Shown: positions 11,801 to 21,660, numbered from the stretch's first letter. The stretch is 47,641 nucleotides of DNA from Armatimonadota bacterium (GCA_037443365.1 JBBIOM010000016.1:1-47641), one strand, 5' to 3'. The notes: generated from the letters alone by a model not told the origin. Program-made: numbers and translations.

Positions 11801-12895
11801 ATGCCATCGCGTTGCAGAATAGGCATCCTGACCGGCGGAGGAGACTGCCCAGGCCTGAACGCCGTCATCCGCGCCGTGGTCCTGTCCGCGGCCGATGGGA
11901 TGGGCTGGGAGGTGCTGGGTATCGAGGATGGGTTCGACGGCCTGCTGCACGATAGGATCCGGCCGCTGGAGCGGGACGACGTGCGCGGCATCCTGACGCA
12001 GGGCGGCACGATCCTGGGGACCACCAACCGTGGCAATCCCTTTGCCTGGCCGGTCGAGCGCGACGGGCATCGCGAGATCATTGACGCGTCGCGCACGGTG
12101 CTGAAGCGCCTGGAGGCCCTGCGTCTGGACTCGCTGCTCGTCATTGGAGGCGACGGCACGCTCCACATCGCCGAAGCGCTCTGCCGGATGGGCGCGCCCA
12201 TCGTTGGCATACCCAAGACCATTGACAACGACATCTCGGGCACGGACGTGACGTTCGGGTTCGACACGGCGCGGCTCACGGCGACCGAGGCGATAGACAA
12301 GCTCCAGACGACCGCCGAGAGCCACCACAGGATCATGGTGGTGGAGACGATGGGCCGCAACGCGGGTTGGATCGCGCTGGAGTCCGGGATCGCCGGGGGC
12401 GCGAACGCGGTGCTGATACCCGAGATCCCGTTCCGCCTCGAGGTGGTCGCGCGGGCGATCGAGGAGCGCGCGGCCCGGGGCAGACGCTTCTCGATCGTCG
12501 TGGTCTCCGAGGGCGCGGTGCCGGTCGGCGGAACGCAGGTCGTCCTGGAGGAGGGCGGACCGGACCGGCTGCCCCGCCTCGGCGGGATAGGTCAGCGGGT
12601 CGCCAACGCCCTGGACGAGATGACCGGGCGGGAGACGCGCTGCACGGTCCTGGGGCACCTGCAGCGGGGCGGGAGCCCCACGCCTTTCGACCGGCTCCTG
12701 GCCACGCGCTTCGGCGTGCGTGCTGTAGAATGCGTTATGGAAGGAAGGCAGGGACAGATGGTCGCGCTGCGTGGCCCGGAGGTGGTCGCCCTGCCGATCG
12801 GTGAGACCATCGCACGACCCAAGCGAGTGCCCCCCGACGGCGAGCTGGTTCGCACGGCGCGCGAGCTGGGCATGTCGCTGGGCAGCGAAACCTGA
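11801..12895 (+). CDS. pfkA: 6-phosphofructokinase, group III, ATP-type signature
   Basis: GGGDCPGLN, GGTILGT, IGGDGT, PKTIDND, ETMGR, LGHLQRGG. Confidence 0.9.
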   Translation: MPSRCRIGILTGGGDCPGLNAVIRAVVLSAADGMGWEVLGIEDGFDGLLHDRIRPLERDDVRGILTQGGTILGTTNRGNPFAWPVERDGHREIIDASRTVLKRLEALRLDSLLVIGGDGTLHIAEALCRMGAPIVGIPKTIDNDISGTDVTFGFDTARLTATEAIDKLQTTAESHHRIMVVETMGRNAGWIALESGIAGGANAVLIPEIPFRLEVVARAIEERAARGRRFSIVVVSEGAVPVGGTQVVLEEGGPDRLPRLGGIGQRVANALDEMTGRETRCTVLGHLQRGGSPTPFDRLLATRFGVRAVECVMEGRQGQMVALRGPEVVALPIGETIARPKRVPPDGELVRTARELGMSLGSET

Positions 12896-12918
12896 TTGCT
12901 CGATCTGGAGGTGCGAAG

Positions 12919-13944
12919 ATGCGTATTGCAGTGCTGACCGGCGGCGGCGACGTCCCGGGGCTGAACGCGGCCATCCGCGCGATCACCCGGCGGGCCCTCG
13001 ATGGAGACCACGAGGTCATCGGGATCCGCAAGGGCTGGCTGGGTCTGCTCGACGGGGACACCTTCCCCCTGACCCGGGACAGCGTCTCGGGCATCCTGCC
13101 GCGCGGTGGAACAATCCTTGGGACGTCGCGCACGAATCCCTTCAAGGCCCAGGACGGCGAGGCGCGCATTCTGCGCACGATCGACCGGTTGGGGATCGAC
13201 TCCATCATTGCCATCGGCGGGGACGACACGCTGAGCGTGGCCCTGAGGCTTTTCAAGGCAGGCGTCAAGGTCGTCGGGGTTCCTAAGACCATGGACAACG
13301 ACGTCCGGGGCACCGACTACACGATCGGCTTCGACACGGCGGTGAACATCGTGATGGAAGCCTGCGACCGGCTGCACACGACCGCCGAGGCCCACCACCG
13401 CGTGATGATCATCGAGGTCATGGGCCGCGACGCCGGCTGGGTGGCGGCGGTGGGCGGTCTGGCAGGGGGCGCCGACGTCATCCTGGTCCCCGAGGTTCCG
13501 TTCACGATCGATGAGATCTGCGAGATCGTCCGGCGGCGTCATGCCCGCGACCGGACATTCAGCATCGTGGTCGTGGCCGAGGGCGCCCGCCCGACCGACT
13601 TCGCCGAGCAGGTAACGCAGGACGCGCGCGTGGATGAGTTCGGTCACGTGCGCCTGGGCGGCGTAGGCGCCCTGCTCGCGCGGGAGGTCGAGGCGCGCAC
13701 CGGCTACGAGACGCGCGTGACCGTGCTCGGGCACCTGCAGCGCGGCGGGTCGCCCACGGTCTTCGACAGGGTCCTGGCCACGCGGCTGGGCGTGGCCGCG
13801 GTCGAGGCGGTCGAGGCGGGTCAGTTCGGCGCCATGATGGCCCTGCGCGGCACCAAGATCGTCAGCGTCACCCTGGAAGAGGCGCTCTCAGGCACAAGCC
13901 CGCTCGATCCGGAGGTGTACCGGCTGTCAAGGTTTTTCCATTAG
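12919..13944 (+). CDS. 6-phosphofructokinase, group III, PPi-type signature
   Basis: GGGDVPGLN, IGGDDT, PKTMDND, EVMGR, LGHLQRGG; RBS GGAGG. Confidence 0.88.
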   Translation: MRIAVLTGGGDVPGLNAAIRAITRRALDGDHEVIGIRKGWLGLLDGDTFPLTRDSVSGILPRGGTILGTSRTNPFKAQDGEARILRTIDRLGIDSIIAIGGDDTLSVALRLFKAGVKVVGVPKTMDNDVRGTDYTIGFDTAVNIVMEACDRLHTTAEAHHRVMIIEVMGRDAGWVAAVGGLAGGADVILVPEVPFTIDEICEIVRRRHARDRTFSIVVVAEGARPTDFAEQVTQDARVDEFGHVRLGGVGALLAREVEARTGYETRVTVLGHLQRGGSPTVFDRVLATRLGVAAVEAVEAGQFGAMMALRGTKIVSVTLEEALSGTSPLDPEVYRLSRFFH

Positions 13945-13950
13945 GGCCTG

Positions 13951-14059
13951 GGCAACGCGCCTCTGTGCAGGAGGGTAGCGCGTCGCGACGAACGGTTTCC
14001 GCCGCTGAGAAGCGGCGGCCCCATTGAGGCATTGTCGCTCCTGGGAGGCGTTGCCTTTC
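13951..14059 (+). other. Highly self-complementary intergenic element (candidate sRNA)
   Basis: Perfect 8-bp stem CCGCCGCT-GAGA-AGCGGCGG at 13999-14018, with outer complementary blocks GGCAAC/GTTGCC, GCCTC/GAGGC and CAGGAG/CTCCTG. Confidence 0.45.
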
Positions 14060-14107
14060 AACGTCGTGCCAGACCTTCCCTCACGTGACCGCGCCTGACG
14101 GCCCGGC

Positions 14108-14905
14108 CTACTTCACAAGCCGCCGCCGCATGAGCACGACCGGCAGCGGGAACATCGTCACGGTGACCGCCAGGATCCAGGCCAGGTCCGTGGCGTGGCG
14201 TGGTTCCAGGGTGCCCAGCGACAGCGCCCGGGTGAGGCTCACCACGTGCGAGAGGGGCGTGACCCAGGCCGCGGTCTTGACCCAACCCGGCAGCGCATCG
14301 AGGGGGAAGAATATGCCGCTGAACATGAACATGGGCGTTACAAACAGCGCGAAGTAGAAGGTGTAGTAGTCTATGCTGGGGTTGACCGCCGTGAACGTCA
14401 TCGCGATCACCGAGAACATCAACCCCGAGAGGAGGAACAGCGGCGGGATCAGCAGGGCGAGCGGCGAGCGCACCGTTCCGAACAACACGATCACGGCCAG
14501 GAACACCGTTCCGTAGAGCACGCTGCGGGTCGCTCCCCACCAGACCTCTCCGATCACCACCTCCTCGACGCCCAGCGGGGTGGTTATGACCGCGTCGTAG
14601 GCCTTCTCGTAGTACATCTGCACGTAGGCGTTGTAGGTGCACTCGTACGTGGCCCCGAACATCGCCGCCGTGGCGACGAGCCCGGTGGCGACGAACGTGA
14701 GGTAGGGAAGCCCGCCGATCGTGCTCAGGTAGGCGCCTATGCCGAACCCCATCGCCATCAGGTAGATGACCGGCTCCATGAAGTTCACCGCGACCGATTC
14801 GGGGAAGATGCGCCTGAAGATGTAGGCGTTGCGCTGCCAGAACCGGAACGCGCCACGCGGCGAGAAGAAGAGGAGGTTCCCCAGGATCGGTACGCGCGGC
14901 GCCAT
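14108..14905 (-). CDS. ABC-2 exporter permease (NodJ-like)
   Basis: WQRN, EPVIYLMAMGFGIG, YLTFVATG, TPMFMFSGIFFP. Confidence 0.87.
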   Translation of the reverse strand: MAPRVPILGNLLFFSPRGAFRFWQRNAYIFRRIFPESVAVNFMEPVIYLMAMGFGIGAYLSTIGGLPYLTFVATGLVATAAMFGATYECTYNAYVQMYYEKAYDAVITTPLGVEEVVIGEVWWGATRSVLYGTVFLAVIVLFGTVRSPLALLIPPLFLLSGLMFSVIAMTFTAVNPSIDYYTFYFALFVTPMFMFSGIFFPLDALPGWVKTAAWVTPLSHVVSLTRALSLGTLEPRHATDLAWILAVTVTMFPLPVVLMRRRLVK

Positions 14906-15843
14906 CAGTCGCGCAGCCTCCTGCCGGTAAGCCGCAGGAACGCGTCCTCGAGCGTTGTGCGGCGCTGCGTGGCCGAGGAGATCTCAATGCCCCCCTCGCG
15001 CACGCGCCGCAGCAGCGCCTCGCCGTCCGAGGTGTGCAGCAGGAGGAGGTCGCTGTGCACCTCGTGCATCTCGACCAGGTGCCCGGCCGCTCCCAGGACC
15101 CGGTCCACGGCGCCGGGGTCTCCCCATCCATCACCGACCGACCGCAGCTCAACCACCTCGCGCCCGGCATGGGCGGCCACAAGATCGGCCGGGGAGCCCC
15201 CGGCCACGATGCGCCCCTGGTCCATGATGGCGATGCGGTCGCACAGCGCCGCGGCCTCCTCCATGTAGTGGGTCGTGAGGATCTGGGTGACGCCGGTGCG
15301 CTTGAGCTGCCGCAGCTTCTCCCATGCCAGTTGACGCGCCTGCGGGTCGAGCCCGGTCGTGGGCTCGTCGAGGACGAGCAGGTCGGGCTGAGGCACGAGC
15401 GCGCGCGCCACCATGAGCCTGCGCTTCATCCCCCCGCTCAGGTACTCGACCTTGTCCTTCGCGCGGTCAGCGAGGCTGGCGAAATCGAGGAGCTCGTCGG
15501 CGCGCCGCCCGGCCAGCGCCCACGGGATGTCGAAGTAGCGCGCGAAGATCACCAGGTTCTCGCGCACGGTCAACGCGGTGTCCAGCGTGTTCTCCTGCGT
15601 GACGACTCCAAGGCGCGCCTTGATCGCACGCGGATGCTCGCGCACGTCCATGCCCATCACCCGGAGGTCCCCCGAGGTGGGAGGCAGCACGCAGTAGATC
15701 ATCTTCATCGTGGTGGTCTTCCCGGCGCCGTTGGGGCCCAGGAACCCGAAGCACTCGCCCGGATGAACCTCGAACGAGATGCCGTCCACGGCGACCAGGT
15801 TGCCGTAGCGCTTCAACAGGGCGCGCGCGTTGACGATGGACAT
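14905..15843 (-). CDS. ABC exporter ATP-binding protein (NodI-like)
   Basis: GPNGAGKTT, LSGGMKRR, LDEPTTGLDPQAR, TTHYMEEA. Confidence 0.9.
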   Translation of the reverse strand: MSIVNARALLKRYGNLVAVDGISFEVHPGECFGFLGPNGAGKTTTMKMIYCVLPPTSGDLRVMGMDVREHPRAIKARLGVVTQENTLDTALTVRENLVIFARYFDIPWALAGRRADELLDFASLADRAKDKVEYLSGGMKRRLMVARALVPQPDLLVLDEPTTGLDPQARQLAWEKLRQLKRTGVTQILTTHYMEEAAALCDRIAIMDQGRIVAGGSPADLVAAHAGREVVELRSVGDGWGDPGAVDRVLGAAGHLVEMHEVHSDLLLLHTSDGEALLRRVREGGIEISSATQRRTTLEDAFLRLTGRRLRD

Positions 15844-15847
15844 GCCT

Positions 15848-16882
15848 CTATCGCGTAGGCGTGACCTTGCGCAGCCCCCGGGGTTTGTCCGGGTTCAGCC
15901 CGCGTGCGACCGAGAGGTGGTAGGCGAAGAGGTGCACGGCCGGGGCGGCGGCGATGGGCGCCAGCGGCTCGCCCAGGCCGGCGCGTATGGGCACTTCTGC
16001 CGGCCCGCCGTCGAGCGCGAAGGTCAGCGTGGCGACCGATCGGCCGCGCAACTGCTCGCGGAGGTCAATGAGCCCGCCCCGGCTCTTCCCCGGCGGCAGC
16101 AGCAGCAGCACCGTGGTCCTCCGATCGAGGGCGGCGATCGGGCCATGCATGAGGGCGGCCGCCGAAAGCGACTCCGCCGCAGCGTAGGAGGTCTCCTTGA
16201 GTTTGAGCGCCATCTCGTCAGCCACGCCGAGCATGTAGCCCCGCGTGGTGACCACCCAGGGATCGCGCCGCGCGCGCCGCCGGGCGAGTGTCCTGATCTC
16301 ACCGTCGCGCTCGATCGCGGCGGCGGCGGCGGCGGGCAGGCGGCGCAGGCCCCGCGCCAGGGACGCCGCCTCGGCCCAGCCCGCGACCAGGGCGGCCAGG
16401 ACCGCGAGCGATGAGGTGAAGGTCTTGGTGGCGGCCACGCTGTGCTCGGGGCCGGCTGCCAGGGGCAGGACGTAGTGGCTGCCTTCGGCCATCGGCGAGG
16501 CAGGGTCGTTTGTGATGCCGACTGTCAGGGCGCCCTGCCTGCGCGCCGCGGCGAGCACCTCGGTCACGTCCACCGACCGGCCCGACTGCGAGATGCCGAT
16601 CACCGCCGCACCGCGCCAGTCCGGCGTGCGGCCGTACAGGGTGGTCACCGACGGCATCGCGGTGCCGGTCGGGATGCGCAGGAAGGTCTCGATCATGTAC
16701 TGTCCGTAGATCGCGGCGTTGTGCGAGGTTCCGCGCGCAACGAAGACCACGAACGGCGGACGCCGGCGCCGCAGCGCCGTTGCGGCCTCTGCGATCTCGT
16801 GGGCGTGCTCGCGCAGCACGCGCTCCAGTGCGGCCGGCTGCTCGCGGGTCTCGACGAGCATGTCGTGGATGGGCCCTGGCAT
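15848..16882 (-). CDS. Double-SIS domain protein (sugar-amine-phosphate isomerase/deaminase, GlmS C-terminal-like)
   Basis: ARGTSHNA, ISQSGRS, EHSVAATKTF, ALKLKE, HGP, NPDKPRGLRKVT. Confidence 0.85.
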   Translation of the reverse strand: MPGPIHDMLVETREQPAALERVLREHAHEIAEAATALRRRRPPFVVFVARGTSHNAAIYGQYMIETFLRIPTGTAMPSVTTLYGRTPDWRGAAVIGISQSGRSVDVTEVLAAARRQGALTVGITNDPASPMAEGSHYVLPLAAGPEHSVAATKTFTSSLAVLAALVAGWAEAASLARGLRRLPAAAAAAIERDGEIRTLARRRARRDPWVVTTRGYMLGVADEMALKLKETSYAAAESLSAAALMHGPIAALDRRTTVLLLLPPGKSRGGLIDLREQLRGRSVATLTFALDGGPAEVPIRAGLGEPLAPIAAAPAVHLFAYHLSVARGLNPDKPRGLRKVTPTR

Positions 16883-16914
16883 GAGATATCGCTTCGCCGG
16901 CGCGCGCGCAGTCC

Positions 16915-17922
16915 CTATCTGCCGGGCGGGCTCTCGTACACCTGCGGGTTCACGACGTGGGCGGGGCGTTCTCCACGGAGCGCCGCCAGCACAGCATCGG
17001 CGCAGGCGCGCTCCATGCGGGCGAGCGTCTCGAGCGTGTGCGAGGCCACGTGCGGCGTGGCCACGACCTGCTCGAGAGACGCCAGCGACAGGTCCCGGGG
17101 CGGCTCGTCCCGGAACACGTCCAGCCCTGCGCCGGCCAGGCGTCCCTCGCGCAGGGCCTCAAGCAGCGCCGCCTCGTCAATCACCGCCCCGCGGCTGGTG
17201 TTGATGATGCACGCGGAAGGCTTCATCCGGCGCAGGGCCGCTTCGCCGATGATGTCCCTGGTGCCCGGCGTCAGTGGCACATGGATGGTGAGGAAATCGC
17301 TCTCGGCCAGGAGTGTGTCCAGGTCAACAAGCCCAACTCCCAGCGACGCCGCGGCCGCGGTGTCGGGGAGCACGTCGCAGGCCAGCAGCCGCATCCCAAA
17401 CCCCGCCGCTCGCCGGGCGACTGCCCGGCCGATGGCGCCAAACCCCAGGATGCCCAGCGTCTTGCCCCAGACATCCACCGTGGGAACCCGGTCCCATCCC
17501 CCGGACTTGACCCCGCGATCGAGAGAGGGGATCCGCCGCGCCACGGCAAGCAGCAGCGCCATCGTGTGATCGGCCACGGTGTCGGTGAGCGCGCCGGCGG
17601 TGATCGTCACCGCGATGCCCCGCCGCGTGGCCGCCAGTAGATCCACGGTCTCGTAGCCCACGCCGCGGCGGGCCACGATCTTGAGGCGCGGCGCCGCGTC
17701 TATCACCCGCGCCGTTACCGGCTCCATCCCCGCGATGATGGCTTCGGCTTCGAGCGCAAGGCCGCACAGCACTTCCTCGGAAAGCGTGGCGCCGCTCGAG
17801 TTGAGCGTGATCTGGCACCCTGCCTCCCGCAGTCTCCGGAGCGCATCGTCCCCGGTGCGGCCGAAGCCCGGCGCCGAGATCAGCACACGTGGCTTTCCTG
17901 CGGGCGTTGTCGTCGCGGTCAT
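16915..17922 (-). CDS. D-2-hydroxyacid dehydrogenase (phosphoglycerate dehydrogenase-like)
   Basis: GILGFGAIG, HVPLT, INTSRG, LDVF-DEP, TPHVA. Confidence 0.88.
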   Translation of the reverse strand: MTATTTPAGKPRVLISAPGFGRTGDDALRRLREAGCQITLNSSGATLSEEVLCGLALEAEAIIAGMEPVTARVIDAAPRLKIVARRGVGYETVDLLAATRRGIAVTITAGALTDTVADHTMALLLAVARRIPSLDRGVKSGGWDRVPTVDVWGKTLGILGFGAIGRAVARRAAGFGMRLLACDVLPDTAAAASLGVGLVDLDTLLAESDFLTIHVPLTPGTRDIIGEAALRRMKPSACIINTSRGAVIDEAALLEALREGRLAGAGLDVFRDEPPRDLSLASLEQVVATPHVASHTLETLARMERACADAVLAALRGERPAHVVNPQVYESPPGR

Positions 17923-18035
17923 GCTCTGCCTCCTGGCCGCAGTGATGGGAGAGGAGATGGCTGCGCACTGCTGGTATTACGCGCGTGGGGCCGCTTGCCC
18001 TGCCCGTGCCCCCAAGCCGCCCTTGGAGAGCGCTC

Positions 18036-19334
18036 ATGGAACCTGCAACGATGATACGGGTCGCCCGCCTGACCTCACGCCTGGAGGATCTCTCCAAGAT
18101 CGGAGGCATCCCCGGAGGCGGCATCAGCCGGTTCCCGTATTCGAACGAGCATGCCCAGGCAGTACGCCTGGTGGCCGGATGGATGCAGGAGGCCGGACTT
18201 GCTCCTGGGTGCGACGGCATCGGCAACCTGATCGGTGAAGTCGCGGGCTCGCATACCTCCGACGGATGGCCCGCGATCGTGCTGGGCTCTCACCTCGATA
18301 CGGTGCCATGCGGCGGCATGTTTGACGGCGCGCTCGGCGTGGTTGCCGCGGTGGAGGTTGCGCAGGCCCTGCGCGAGGCGGGCCGTACGCTGGGTCACGC
18401 GCTCGCGGTCGTCGGGTTCGCGGACGAGGAGGGGCACGCCTTTGGAATGGGGACGCTTGCTTCCAGGCGCGCCGTCGGGGACCTCGCGCCGGAGAGGTGC
18501 GAGGGGCTGATCGGCCACGACGGCCGGACGCTCGGCGAGGCGACCCGGGCCTTCTCTCCGGGGCTGCCGCCTAGCCGCATCCCATGCCGCATAGGGGCAT
18601 ATCTCGAGCTGCACGTGGAGCAGGGGCCGCTGCTCTGGCGGTCGGGGAGGAAGGTGGCGGCCGTTGACGCGATAGCAGGCATTGCCAAGACAACGGTTCG
18701 CCTGGCGGGAGAGGCCAACCACGCCGGGACAACACCGATGTCGGACCGCCGCGACGCGCTTGCCGCCGCGGCCGAGTTCGTACTCGCCGTCAGGAACCTG
18801 GCGCAGGAGGCCGGCCCGCCGGCGGTCGGGACAGTCGGCGCTCTCTCGGTGAGTCCCGGCGCCTCGAATGTGATACCCGGCGAGGTCGAGATGAGGGTCG
18901 AGTTCCGCTCAACTGACGGCGCGCAGCTGCGGGGGCTGTGCGAGAAGGCCGCCCAGGAGTTGCAGGCCATCGGGCTGCGAAGCGGCCTCGACCGCCGCAT
19001 GGACGCCTGGGATCTTCGAGAACCGGTGCTGCTGGACACCGGCATTCGCGATACTCTCCTGGCCGCGATGGCCGGGGCGGGCCTCGGGCCGCACGTCATG
19101 CCCAGCGGTGCCGGTCATGACGCGATGGTTCTGGCAAAGCACGTCCCCGCGGGCATGCTCTTCGTGCCCAGTGTCGGTGGGGTCAGCCATTCCTCGCGCG
19201 AGCAGACCCATCCAGGGGACGCTGCGCTCGGGGCCGAGGTGCTGCTCCGCGCGGTCCTGCTGCTGGACGGCCGCGGGCCGCTGCGCGCAGGCACGCTGCC
19301 GGATGTCGCCGGCGTCGGCGGTCCCCCTCCGTGA
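18036..19334 (+). CDS. M20 Zn-dependent hydrolase (allantoate amidohydrolase / N-carbamoylase family)
   Basis: GSHLDTV, GGMFDGALG, DEEG, ELHVEQG, NHAGTTPM, SGAGHDA, SH. Confidence 0.88.
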   Translation: MEPATMIRVARLTSRLEDLSKIGGIPGGGISRFPYSNEHAQAVRLVAGWMQEAGLAPGCDGIGNLIGEVAGSHTSDGWPAIVLGSHLDTVPCGGMFDGALGVVAAVEVAQALREAGRTLGHALAVVGFADEEGHAFGMGTLASRRAVGDLAPERCEGLIGHDGRTLGEATRAFSPGLPPSRIPCRIGAYLELHVEQGPLLWRSGRKVAAVDAIAGIAKTTVRLAGEANHAGTTPMSDRRDALAAAAEFVLAVRNLAQEAGPPAVGTVGALSVSPGASNVIPGEVEMRVEFRSTDGAQLRGLCEKAAQELQAIGLRSGLDRRMDAWDLREPVLLDTGIRDTLLAAMAGAGLGPHVMPSGAGHDAMVLAKHVPAGMLFVPSVGGVSHSSREQTHPGDAALGAEVLLRAVLLLDGRGPLRAGTLPDVAGVGGPPP

Positions 19335-19372
19335 GTCGGGGATACCAGGCCAGCAGGAAGGAGCATCCCGGG

Positions 19373-19852
19373 ATGAAGATCGAGTACAGGCCAATCGGCA
19401 TCATTCACTCGCCCTTCACCCAGCCGGAGGGCATGCCCATTCAGCCCGCGGGCGCTGTGGGGATCCGGGGCACGGTGGAGATCTTCGAGGAGTTCCGGGC
19501 CGGCCTGAAAGACCTCCAGGGCTTCTCGCACGTGATCCTCGTCTACCACCTCCACCGCAGCGAGGGGTTCAAGCTTCACGTAGTACCCTTCCTGGACTCC
19601 AGGCCTAGAGGCGTGTTTGCGACCAGGGCGCCGAGGCGGCCGAACCCGATAGGTATCTCCGTGGTGCGCCTTCGCCGCGTTCGCGGCGGCACGATGTACA
19701 TCGAGAACCTGGACATCCTTGATGGGACGCCGCTGCTCGATGTGAAGCCCTACGTGCCCGACTTCGACGAGCCGACGCAGGTGCGCACCGGCTGGCTCAA
19801 TCGTGCGCGGCATGATGCGGCAGTCCAGAGATCGGACGGACGCTTCAAGTAG
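19373..19852 (+). CDS. tsaA: tRNA m6t6A37 methyltransferase TrmO/TsaA
   Basis: PIGIIHSPF, GVFATRAPRRPNPIG, DILDGTPLLDVKPY. Confidence 0.9.
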   Translation: MKIEYRPIGIIHSPFTQPEGMPIQPAGAVGIRGTVEIFEEFRAGLKDLQGFSHVILVYHLHRSEGFKLHVVPFLDSRPRGVFATRAPRRPNPIGISVVRLRRVRGGTMYIENLDILDGTPLLDVKPYVPDFDEPTQVRTGWLNRARHDAAVQRSDGRFK

Positions 19853-20045
19853 CGGTGCTGCCATGCCCGGCCCGAGACCCCCTAGATTGAAGGAGGTCGG
19901 GATGCCAGGGCGGAAGTCCCGGCGGTGATGGTCGCGTCCCCGGACGCTGCCGCCCCATGAGACTTCTTCACCCCTAATCGAATCAGGACAGAGACGCGAT
20001 CGTCGCTTTCGGCCCAGCACAGGGCTTTCTCGAAAGGGGGGCACT

Positions 20046-21326
20046 ATGCGTCGTATCCCGGTTCGCTTGCTGGTGCTGCTCTTGATTGTTGCGGCCGGCC
20101 TGCCACTCTCCGTGGAGGCCCAGACTCAACCGTCGGCTCAGACCGCGTACGCCCACGTAGAACACCTTGCCGGTGTAATCGGCCCCCGCCCCGGAGGAAC
20201 CCCGGGCAATAGGGCGGCCGCCGAATACATCGCCTCTCAACTCCGGCAGCACGGCTACCAGCCCGAGTTCCAGGCCTTCGACTTCCTCTACTACGAGGAG
20301 CGCCGCGTGGAGTTCGCTCAGCTCACCCCATCGCAGCGGTCAATTGCGGCCAAGGCGATGTTCTACTCGGCAAGTACCCCGCCCGCCGGCGTGGAGGCGG
20401 AGGCCGTCTTCGTTGGTCTCGGCCGGCCGCAGGACTTCGAGGGGCGCAGGGTTAGAGGCGCCATCGTGCTCGCAGAGCCAGGCGAGATCCATCCGGCGTA
20501 CAAGGTCGCCAACGCGGCACGGCAGGGCGCCGTCGGCGCGGTCGTCTACGACGACCAGCCGGGAGGGATAGTGGCCAGAACGCTGGGTGTTCGCTCGGCC
20601 ATCCCTGCGGTGGCGGTCTCACACGAAGACGGTCGCCGGCTTGTCGCTGCCGCGCGAGAGGGTGGGGTGAGATTACGGCTGCTCGTCGACGGGCTGTTCG
20701 AGACCCGGTCATCGGCAAACGTCGTGGCCGCACGGAGAGGATCAAGCCGCGCCGACGAGATCATCGTCGTGGGCGCGCATTACGACTCCGTCGCCGGCTC
20801 CCCTGGAGCCAACGACAACGCCTCCGGCGTGGCCGTTGTGCTGGAGGCCGCGCGTGTGCTCGCGGCCACTCCGGTGGCGCGCACGGTCCACTACGTGCTG
20901 TTTGGTGTGGAGGAGTTCTATCTGTTTGGATCGATGGCCTACACGAAGGAGCGCAGTCGGGGTGTAGTCGCAATGATCAATCTTGACATGGTTGGCTGGG
21001 GACCCAGGCTGATGATCGGCAACTCGGCGGACCGTGAAGGTGCGGTCGTGATCGCCGCCATGCGGGTGGCAGCGGAGCTCGGCATCTTTGCGACACGATT
21101 TCACTCTTCAGGCAGCGATCACTACAGCTTCGAGCGCGCCGGGGTTCCTGCCGTCTTCATCCACAGAGGGATCGACCCGTACTACCACCGACCGACCGAT
21201 GTCGCTTCGGTCGTCGACCCGCAGAACCTCGAGGAGGCTGTCCGGTTGACGGTAGGGCTGCTCTCACATCCCGCGTTTCCCTCTGCGGTGCTCTACCGCC
21301 GGACCGTCGCGATGGCCGCGCGATAG
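20046..21326 (+). CDS. Secreted M28 aminopeptidase with a PA domain
   Basis: Signal peptide; GAHYDS, GANDNASG, GVEE, NLDM, SDH, YH. Confidence 0.87.
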   Translation: MRRIPVRLLVLLLIVAAGLPLSVEAQTQPSAQTAYAHVEHLAGVIGPRPGGTPGNRAAAEYIASQLRQHGYQPEFQAFDFLYYEERRVEFAQLTPSQRSIAAKAMFYSASTPPAGVEAEAVFVGLGRPQDFEGRRVRGAIVLAEPGEIHPAYKVANAARQGAVGAVVYDDQPGGIVARTLGVRSAIPAVAVSHEDGRRLVAAAREGGVRLRLLVDGLFETRSSANVVAARRGSSRADEIIVVGAHYDSVAGSPGANDNASGVAVVLEAARVLAATPVARTVHYVLFGVEEFYLFGSMAYTKERSRGVVAMINLDMVGWGPRLMIGNSADREGAVVIAAMRVAAELGIFATRFHSSGSDHYSFERAGVPAVFIHRGIDPYYHRPTDVASVVDPQNLEEAVRLTVGLLSHPAFPSAVLYRRTVAMAAR

Positions 21327-21362
21327 CCGCGCAGCCGGCCTCGACCGTCGGCAGGTACGGTG

Positions 21363-21660
21363 CTACGGCGCCGGCTGCACCGTAGCGATCACCATCCCGA
21401 AGGTTCCGAATCTGGGTGTGCCAACGATGGGAACCATCGCCTCTATCTTCGTCTCTCCGCCCGTCCCGTATCCCCTGGCATCGGTCTTGACGAACAGGAA
21501 CGGCGACTCATTGGGCCCCCGGGGAGTCCGGGAGAGGTGTCGCGGATCCGGTAGTAGAAGTGCAGGCATCCGGTCGGATCCGAGCGAACGACGCGGTTTT
21601 GCAACTTCCCCCTGAATATCACTGCGCCGGTACGGTGTTCCCCCTCGGGCCGCGTGCACG
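21363..21660 (-). pseudogene. Relic of a hypothetical beta-rich protein, frameshifted and probably internally deleted
   Basis: Protein-like block VIFRGKLQNRVVRSDPTGCLHFYYRIRDTSPGLPG in one frame continues as ESPFLFVKTDARGYGTGGETKI in another frame, across a G-run at about 21516-21520. Confidence 0.45.

Noticed and set aside
11744..12658. N-terminal extension of the 716-aa MFS ORF
   Set aside because: It is the antisense shadow of pfkA; MFS-like sequence only begins near 11743.
19890..19950. Strong RBS (AAGGAGG) before the 8-codon ORF MPGRKSRR at 19902-19928
   Set aside because: Too short to support; it could be a gene remnant or chance.
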